Assembly: GCA_963676915.2 (NCBI GenBank)
Contig: CAXXVK010000001.1
Span: forward strand, 32,001 to 96,000
Source of the DNA: Myxococcota bacterium
GTDB lineage: Bacteria > Myxococcota_A > SURF-8 > G963663525
Direction of reading: 5' to 3'
Length of the DNA: 64,000 nucleotides
Made by a program: the position numbers and the translations under genes. The notes under the pieces are model-generated. The model saw only the letters and a program-made list of their open reading frames with translations, was not told the DNA's origin and did not search any database. Below, in pieces: positions 58,096-64,000 of this stretch (position 1 is the stretch's first letter; each line of letters starts with the position of its first letter).

Positions 58096-59823
58096 ATGCG
58101 ATTTCGATCCCAACGGACCCCTTTTTCACGACTTTTCGTGCTTCTTGCCGGAATCTGGCTGTTTCCGCTTTTCGTTCATGCCGGGTACGTCGATCACTTC
58201 GCCGTGAAAGACGATATCGGCAAATTCAAGGTGCCGAGATTCGGAGAATCGCACGTCTTGGTGGTGCCGGTCAATCTCGACACCCGCAAACGTCCGCGTG
58301 TCGATCCTGGTGCTTTTGAGCGCTTTTATTCTCCGAAAACAAACGGTGTGAATTTTTCCGACTATTACGCCGTCGCTTCCGGTGGACGTTTTCGCCCGAT
58401 CCCTATCGTTGCCGATCCGGTCGAATGGAACGATTGCCCGCTATTGCCCTATCAGCAGGAGCGTTGCACTCCGCTCCGCCGCGACCCGACGGCGCTTTTT
58501 ACCGCTCAACGACTCGTTCGCGATATCCTGGAACGCCTCGATGCCCGAGGCTTCGATTTTCGCAGCATCGACCGTAACGGTCCCGGTGGAAAACCCGATG
58601 GATGGGCCGATGGGGTGGTGATCGTCACCAATATGGACTGGTTCGGCGTCGCGTTTCCCTTTGGGATGATTGCCGAGGAAATCGCCGGTACTTCCGAAGA
58701 GATTCCCGCATTTGACGGCGTTCGTATCGGTGCTGTAGCGATCTCCGCCGGTCCTCGCGCCCTTCGGATGAGCATTCACGAGTTCGGTCACTTGTTGGGG
58801 TTGGCGGATCTCTACGATGAATGGAAACGCACTTACGGTGGCGCTTTTAGCCCGATGGGAGGCTGGCGGTACTGGTACAGTCCGCCCGTCTTCGATGCCT
58901 TCAGCCGCTATCAATTAAGTTGGGGGGATCCGGTGCAGGTGGAGGGTTGCCGCAGGGTGACGATTCCTCCGGCGGCTAGCACGGGTCGAATGTACAAGCT
59001 CGGAGTGGGGAAGGAATATTTCCTTGTGGAAAACCGGGTTGTTACAGGTCATTATGACGGACAGTTTCATGAACCGGGTCTGGCAGTTTACCACGTCAAC
59101 CTGCAACGGCTTCCCGAAAAAACGTCGGAGAACCTGGCCTTCGTGCGGCATGTGATCGACTGTCCCAACTGCGATCCCTGGAAACCGCTGGTGCGCAACG
59201 TGCAGGCCGACCGACGACACGACCTGCAACACCGATATCGTGGTATCCGGGGAGAAAGCCGCGATCTCTTCCGCACGGGAGACGCACTCTTGCCGCGCTC
59301 CCGGATGCTTCCGAGAGGCTATACCAACGAATACGAGTCCAGCAACGACACTCAGGGACGTCCGACTGGGATTTCGGTGACGGATATCGACTCGGACAGC
59401 CAATCGCCCGACGTGGTGGCGACGCTTTGCGCCCCCTATCTCGACGATCCCTGCGCCGACCTTGCCTGTCCTCCCGATAGCCGATGTTTCGAAGGCGCTT
59501 GCCTGGAGCTTTCCGAAGAGGAATCGTTCGAAAGCTATGCCGGAGTTCCGCTGTCGAATTCCAAACGCCTCCTCGATACGGACTTTCCGGCTTCGTGGCT
59601 GCGAGCCGTGGTCAGCCCTCTCTTATCCCATGCTTTGCCGCGAAGCGACGCCACCGGCTGTCGAAGTTCCGGGATGGGCTGTGATGATCCGGGACTGGAC
59701 TGGCGGCTGCTGTCGTTCGTGCCGTTGATCGTCTGGCTGCTGGTGCGCCGTCGTCTGAGAGACGCCTTCGAAACGCGCAAAGGAATGAAATCAAAGGAAA
59801 ACGAGGAATCTTCCGACTCGTAG
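58096..59823 (+). CDS. M6 (immune inhibitor A-like) metalloprotease with a C-terminal sorting-signal-like tail
   Basis: HEFGHLLGLADLYD, EYFLVENR and GLAVYH motifs; GC...hydrophobic helix...RRR C-terminus. Confidence 0.85.
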   Translation: MRFRSQRTPFSRLFVLLAGIWLFPLFVHAGYVDHFAVKDDIGKFKVPRFGESHVLVVPVNLDTRKRPRVDPGAFERFYSPKTNGVNFSDYYAVASGGRFRPIPIVADPVEWNDCPLLPYQQERCTPLRRDPTALFTAQRLVRDILERLDARGFDFRSIDRNGPGGKPDGWADGVVIVTNMDWFGVAFPFGMIAEEIAGTSEEIPAFDGVRIGAVAISAGPRALRMSIHEFGHLLGLADLYDEWKRTYGGAFSPMGGWRYWYSPPVFDAFSRYQLSWGDPVQVEGCRRVTIPPAASTGRMYKLGVGKEYFLVENRVVTGHYDGQFHEPGLAVYHVNLQRLPEKTSENLAFVRHVIDCPNCDPWKPLVRNVQADRRHDLQHRYRGIRGESRDLFRTGDALLPRSRMLPRGYTNEYESSNDTQGRPTGISVTDIDSDSQSPDVVATLCAPYLDDPCADLACPPDSRCFEGACLELSEEESFESYAGVPLSNSKRLLDTDFPASWLRAVVSPLLSHALPRSDATGCRSSGMGCDDPGLDWRLLSFVPLIVWLLVRRRLRDAFETRKGMKSKENEESSDS

Positions 59824-59881
59824 AAAATGAAATGGAAGAACGATTTTAAACTGAAATTTCCCTATGGAGAATGTCCCGACA

Positions 59882-60433
59882 ATGAGTGAACAACATGTAA
59901 CCATTCGTGAAACCACGGACGAAGACCTTGAAAATATTCTGGAAATCGAACGTCTTGCCTTTGGCGAGGAAGACGAGGCCGAGCTAACGAAAAACCTGTT
60001 GCACGACCCGACCGCCGAACCTCGGGTTTCGCTGCTGGCCTGGGAAAACGATCGACCGGTAGGGCACGTTCTGTTCACCGCCGTTCGACTGAATCCCGAC
60101 CGACCGGAGATTGTCTGTTCGGAGTTGGCACCGCTGGCCGTCTTGCCGGAGAAACAAAAACAGGAAATCGGTGGTGCACTGATTCGCAAAGGGTTGGAAA
60201 TCCTGAAAGAACGCGGAACCGACCTCGTGTTCGTTCTGGGTCATCCCAGCTATTACCCGCGCCATGGTTTTCATCCGTCCGGCGTTCAAGGAATCGACGC
60301 CCCTTATCCGATTCCCGCCAAAGATGCCGATGCCTGGATGGTCCAGGAGTTGCGTTCCGGTGTGCTGGGTTCCGTACAAGGCAAAGTGGTTTGTGCGAAA
60401 ACCTTGGATCGTCCCGAATATTGGCGGGAGTGA
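59882..60433 (+). CDS. GNAT N-acetyltransferase (YhbS-like)
   Basis: LAPLAVLP..Q...IG..LI and VFVLGHPSYYPRHGF motifs. Confidence 0.9.
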   Translation: MSEQHVTIRETTDEDLENILEIERLAFGEEDEAELTKNLLHDPTAEPRVSLLAWENDRPVGHVLFTAVRLNPDRPEIVCSELAPLAVLPEKQKQEIGGALIRKGLEILKERGTDLVFVLGHPSYYPRHGFHPSGVQGIDAPYPIPAKDADAWMVQELRSGVLGSVQGKVVCAKTLDRPEYWRE

Positions 60434-60461
60434 AAAGGTCGGGCTACCAAAATGATCCGGG

Positions 60462-61823
60462 TTATGGATCCAATGGGTCGGAAGGGTCGGCATAGAGGCT
60501 CGTAGGATCGACCAGCATACAGGTGTCCGTCGTACTCCGTTCCATGACCGAGCGATAGGGCAGGTAACCCAATTCATCCAGGCAACGACCATCGAGCATG
60601 TACGAGATATACATGCTCTGAGCCATATCGGTGGTGACAAGCACCGGTTTCTCGCCGGGAATCCCGTAACGCAAAATCAATCGCGTGGCGTTGCGAAGAT
60701 TTGTCGTGGTATGCCGGGCGTGGGGGTCGATCAACAAAGCGGATTCCGGGAGGTTGTGGGTTTCCATCAGGTAGCTTTTCATCTCGACGGCTTCCGCGTA
60801 CAACGTGCGATCCGGGTGAACGTGCCCGCCCGAAGTGAGAATCAGCGGCGCCAGTCCTGCGTTATAACGTTCCGCCGCGAGATCGCAACGCAACGCTCCG
60901 GCAGGGTCCAGCGCTTCTTCGTAGTTATCCGGTCCTTTGCCCGGAACGAGAATCACGCTGTAGGGGTAGCGATCCCAGTCGATATCCTGCAAAGCAGCCA
61001 AAGCGGCAGCGTTGGCGCCTTCTTCCATGGGTTCGTAGCGTCCGGCTTCGTCCCGGTCACGGGCTTCCATTACGATTCGAGTGGTCCATGCCAGCGGTTC
61101 ATAAAACAGCAGGTCGCCGGGATGCTCTTCGGAAAGCGTTTGAATGGCGCTTAGCAGGTCGACTGCTCCCATTTCCCGCGCATTGCCGTCAAAAGCTTCA
61201 TGCAATCCTGCCACGGTGATGCGAAACACGCGATCGATCAACTCGCCGTCGGTCAGGTCGTCGTACAACAGAAAACGACCGCTGGGACGCAGATGATTTC
61301 CCGCCAGGTCGAATTCCCCGGAAGTAAAAACCCTCGCCAATGCCGCACTTATCGTGTCTCGGTCGGACTCTGAAAAGGTCAGGTTGTCGATGATACAATC
61401 CAGGTCTTCATCACAAGCGGCGGCATCGCGCAACGCTTGGGTGCGAGCCTGTGAAAAAGCGGTCAATTCCGTATCGTTTTGCATCAAAGACCGCAAATCT
61501 TCCACCTGATCGAACAGTGTCAACAGGTAGTAGTTTTTATCGAACGTGGGATTTCCAGTCGTCAACAGGGCATAGTCCGGGTCGAAAGAACCGGTATCAT
61601 AGGGAACATCGGAGCTGCAACCGGTTGGAAGCAAGTCTTCGAACTCAGGATCTACATTCCAACCCGCCTCGCCTGGTTCCTCGTCGATATCTCCGTTTTC
61701 GATCTCGGCACTTTCGCTGTTGTCGAGATCGCCGACGGATGTTGAGGAGTCGGAGTCTTCGCCACAACCGAAAACCACCGAAATCGCCCACAGGCAAACA
61801 AGCCAATATCCAACGAAACGCAT
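60462..61823 (-). CDS. YdcF/DUF218-domain lipoprotein
   Basis: Lipobox VFG-C; ILTSGGHVHP..EA.EM and IDPHARHTTTNLRNA motifs. Confidence 0.82.
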   Translation of the reverse strand: MRFVGYWLVCLWAISVVFGCGEDSDSSTSVGDLDNSESAEIENGDIDEEPGEAGWNVDPEFEDLLPTGCSSDVPYDTGSFDPDYALLTTGNPTFDKNYYLLTLFDQVEDLRSLMQNDTELTAFSQARTQALRDAAACDEDLDCIIDNLTFSESDRDTISAALARVFTSGEFDLAGNHLRPSGRFLLYDDLTDGELIDRVFRITVAGLHEAFDGNAREMGAVDLLSAIQTLSEEHPGDLLFYEPLAWTTRIVMEARDRDEAGRYEPMEEGANAAALAALQDIDWDRYPYSVILVPGKGPDNYEEALDPAGALRCDLAAERYNAGLAPLILTSGGHVHPDRTLYAEAVEMKSYLMETHNLPESALLIDPHARHTTTNLRNATRLILRYGIPGEKPVLVTTDMAQSMYISYMLDGRCLDELGYLPYRSVMERSTTDTCMLVDPTSLYADPSDPLDP

Positions 61824-62139
61824 GGGTTTATCCTGTTCCAATTAGGTATGAATGGAAAGCCGTTTTGTCCGTTATACCTTTTTTTCAAACCGAGATGCGA
61901 ACGATTTCGTATTGTTAACGGATTTCCAATTTGCAAGACATCAAGAAAGAATTTCTCCGGCATCGAATGGAAAGACATGATCGAATATCGGATGAAACGA
62001 AAAAATGAAAAACGCTGGCGCGACGTTTGAAAACTGGTATACTGAATCGACGAAAATGGTCTTCCATTCTGAAGGTGTGAAACGTGGAATGCTTGAGAAA
62101 TAGGATTCATGGACCAAAACCTCCATGGTTTCGGAAGCT

Positions 62140-62385
62140 TCCGGCGGTTTTGCACAAAAGAATCGGGAAACGTTGTGGAAAGTCCGATGTTTTTCACAAT
62201 TTCGTGCAGGTTTTCAACGATAGTTTGGGGAATCCACGATCGAAGTGAAAAGCGAAACGAGTTTTCAACTTTCCTCTTGTAGGGAAAAATCAAATGGATT
62301 AGAATGGATAACCGCTTTTTCCAGAAATCCACAATCCCTACTGTGACGACTAAATTTTATTTAGTATAGGATATAAGAATAGAGA
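62140..62385 (+). promoter_or_regulatory. Probable replication origin (DnaA boxes, DnaA-trio-like tract, AT-rich unwinding element)
   Basis: TTTTGCACA (62148) and TTTTTCACA (62190) match TTWTNCACA; near-boxes at 62174, 62303, 62317 and 62325; then CCC-TAC-TGT-GAC-GAC-TAA and an AT-rich run directly before dnaN. Confidence 0.65.
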
Positions 62386-62402
62386 ACCCGAGAGGTGATT
62401 GA

Positions 62403-63512
62403 ATGATCGGTTGCAAAATAGCCAAAGATGCCTTGCAAAGAGGCTTGGCAAGAATCCAGGGTATCATCAACCCCCGTTCGCCCATGCCCATTTTGGCCAA
62501 CGTGTTGCTCAGTACCGAAGAAGACGGTTTTCTGGTGCTCGTTGGTACGGATATCGATCACTTCCTTGAAGGGCGATACGAAAGCGAAATTCTCAGTGCA
62601 GGTTCGGTTTGTCTCCCGGCCAAGGAATTGTTCGAAATCGTCAAGAACATGCCACAGGGAGATATCCAACTCGAACAGACCGAAGACCACACGGTCGCGA
62701 TTTCGAGTGGAAAAATCGAATTCAAACTTCGTGCCTTTCCTGCTACCGATTTTCCGGTTCTGCCCCCAAGCGGCGAAGTCGGATATACCAGGGTAACGCG
62801 AGAAGCTTTTTTGCAGATGATTTCGCGGACGCTGTTTTCGGTGGCGATGGATGACCCGAGAATTTTCCTCACCGGCATCAATTTCGAACGCCTGGATGAG
62901 AAAAAGTTCCGAATGGTCAGTACGGACGGTCACCGTCTGAGCCTGTGCGACGGTGAATTCGCCGAAGACATGGAAATGGAAAAGAAGGTCATTCTACCGA
63001 GAAAAGGTATGACCGAGCTGAAAAAGCTACTGGAGGAAGATGACGAAGACATCGACTTCGGCATCAAAGGGTCGAGTGCATTTGTCGCCAAAAAGAACCT
63101 GCTGTTCATCATGCGATTGATCGAAGGTGAATATCCCGACTACACGATGGTGATTCCTCACGAACCAAACGTGTTTATCGATCTGGACAAACTCGTGTTC
63201 GCCAATGCATTGCGTCGCGTCTCGTTGATGTCGGCCCAGCGTTCGCAAGGCGTCAAACTGACATTTTTGCCGGGAATGATCGAAATCACCTCGCAAGATC
63301 CCGAACGCGGATTTGCCAAGGAAACACTGGTGGTCGATTACGACGGCGAGGAAATAGAAATCGGTTTCAATGCCAAGTATTTTATGGAAGCCTTGAACAA
63401 TATCGAAGGCGAGCAAGCGGTACTGAAACTTTCCGGTAAATTGGCTCCTTGCATCGTGACGGCCAAAGATAATGAAGAATACTTCTTCGTGATTATGCCC
63501 GTACGATTCTGA
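62403..63512 (+). CDS. dnaN: DNA polymerase III beta sliding clamp
   Basis: PILANVLL, STDGHRL, RLIEGEYPDY, IGFNAKY and VIMPVR motifs. Confidence 0.97.
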   Translation: MIGCKIAKDALQRGLARIQGIINPRSPMPILANVLLSTEEDGFLVLVGTDIDHFLEGRYESEILSAGSVCLPAKELFEIVKNMPQGDIQLEQTEDHTVAISSGKIEFKLRAFPATDFPVLPPSGEVGYTRVTREAFLQMISRTLFSVAMDDPRIFLTGINFERLDEKKFRMVSTDGHRLSLCDGEFAEDMEMEKKVILPRKGMTELKKLLEEDDEDIDFGIKGSSAFVAKKNLLFIMRLIEGEYPDYTMVIPHEPNVFIDLDKLVFANALRRVSLMSAQRSQGVKLTFLPGMIEITSQDPERGFAKETLVVDYDGEEIEIGFNAKYFMEALNNIEGEQAVLKLSGKLAPCIVTAKDNEEYFFVIMPVRF

Positions 63513-63534
63513 CAAAGCATCCAACATTTCACGA

Positions 63535-63569
63535 AAGGTCGGGACATTTCCCGGCCTTTTGTTTTTTTT
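63535..63569 (+). terminator. Intrinsic terminator after dnaN
   Basis: AAAGGTCGGGA-CATT-TCCCGGCCTTT followed by a T-run. Confidence 0.75.
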
Positions 63570-63701
63570 GCGTGAAAGGTTGGAAAAACGACCGGACGAT
63601 AGACGACGTGAACCGTGGATTTTCCTAAAGATTTGTGCTTTACTTGAAAACACGGAAACTGGAAGATCGGGAACGCAACATCGATACGAGGAGAATGGAA
63701 G

Positions 63702-64000
63702 GTGAAAAAATCGTCGATCATCATTGCAACCGTTTTGACGCTTTTTTTCCTTTTCGGAGGCTGTGACGAAAAGAAAAAGTCGTCGGACGAAAACATCCCG
63801 GAGGCATTGAATCAACCGATCGGTGCAAGAAACATCGAAGAAAAGAAAAATCCCGCCGATTCGACGTCCCAGAGTATCTACGAACCTCCACCAAAACATT
63901 ACAAGGTTTTAGATATCGATCGCCGGTTCGTGCTTTTCGTTCCGGAAAAAATGGATATCAAAGCGTTCAATCGTGATGAAATCTATTTTTCCCGAACCAA
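63702..64000 (+). CDS. Hypothetical lipoprotein, 3' end outside the window
   Basis: GTG start; KKSSIIIATVLTLFFLFGG-C; frame open to the end of the window. Confidence 0.7.
   Translation, partial: MKKSSIIIATVLTLFFLFGGCDEKKKSSDENIPEALNQPIGARNIEEKKNPADSTSQSIYEPPPKHYKVLDIDRRFVLFVPEKMDIKAFNRDEIYFSRT

Noticed and set aside
63535-63560. AGGTCGGG hairpin after dnaN (and at 60436) as class A REPs
   Set aside because: They lack GTAG and the CCGAC arm; the dnaN one is better explained as a terminator.

Overview
Bacterial chromosome segment of moderately high GC. A deltaproteobacterial or Myxococcota-like lineage is inferred from coaBC-udg synteny, many Cys-rich lipoproteins and a HesB-like selenoprotein. 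Contents: a TtpC-type TonB operon with its receptor; a RAYT transposase flanked by GTAG-REPs; housekeeping genes (acyP, coaBC, udg, panB, an archaeal-type glyA, dnaN); at least six large Cys-rich or beta-propeller lipoproteins; and an AT-rich orphan P-loop ATPase. Main observations: (1) a REP/MITE network with three REP classes, a 100-bp MITE that duplicated a whole 25-bp REP hairpin, and a 203-bp MITE that carries its own REP doublet and sits in the loop of another REP; (2) a zinc-ribbon / selenocysteine-HesB / cysteine-HesB trio, where the UGA-containing gene is missed by the ORF track; (3) a probable oriC upstream of dnaN with no adjacent dnaA; (4) two ZU5 lipoproteins with an HFS motif that may self-cleave; (5) an apparently kinase-dead HprK-related protein. 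All calls come from reading the sequence; no database searches were run.
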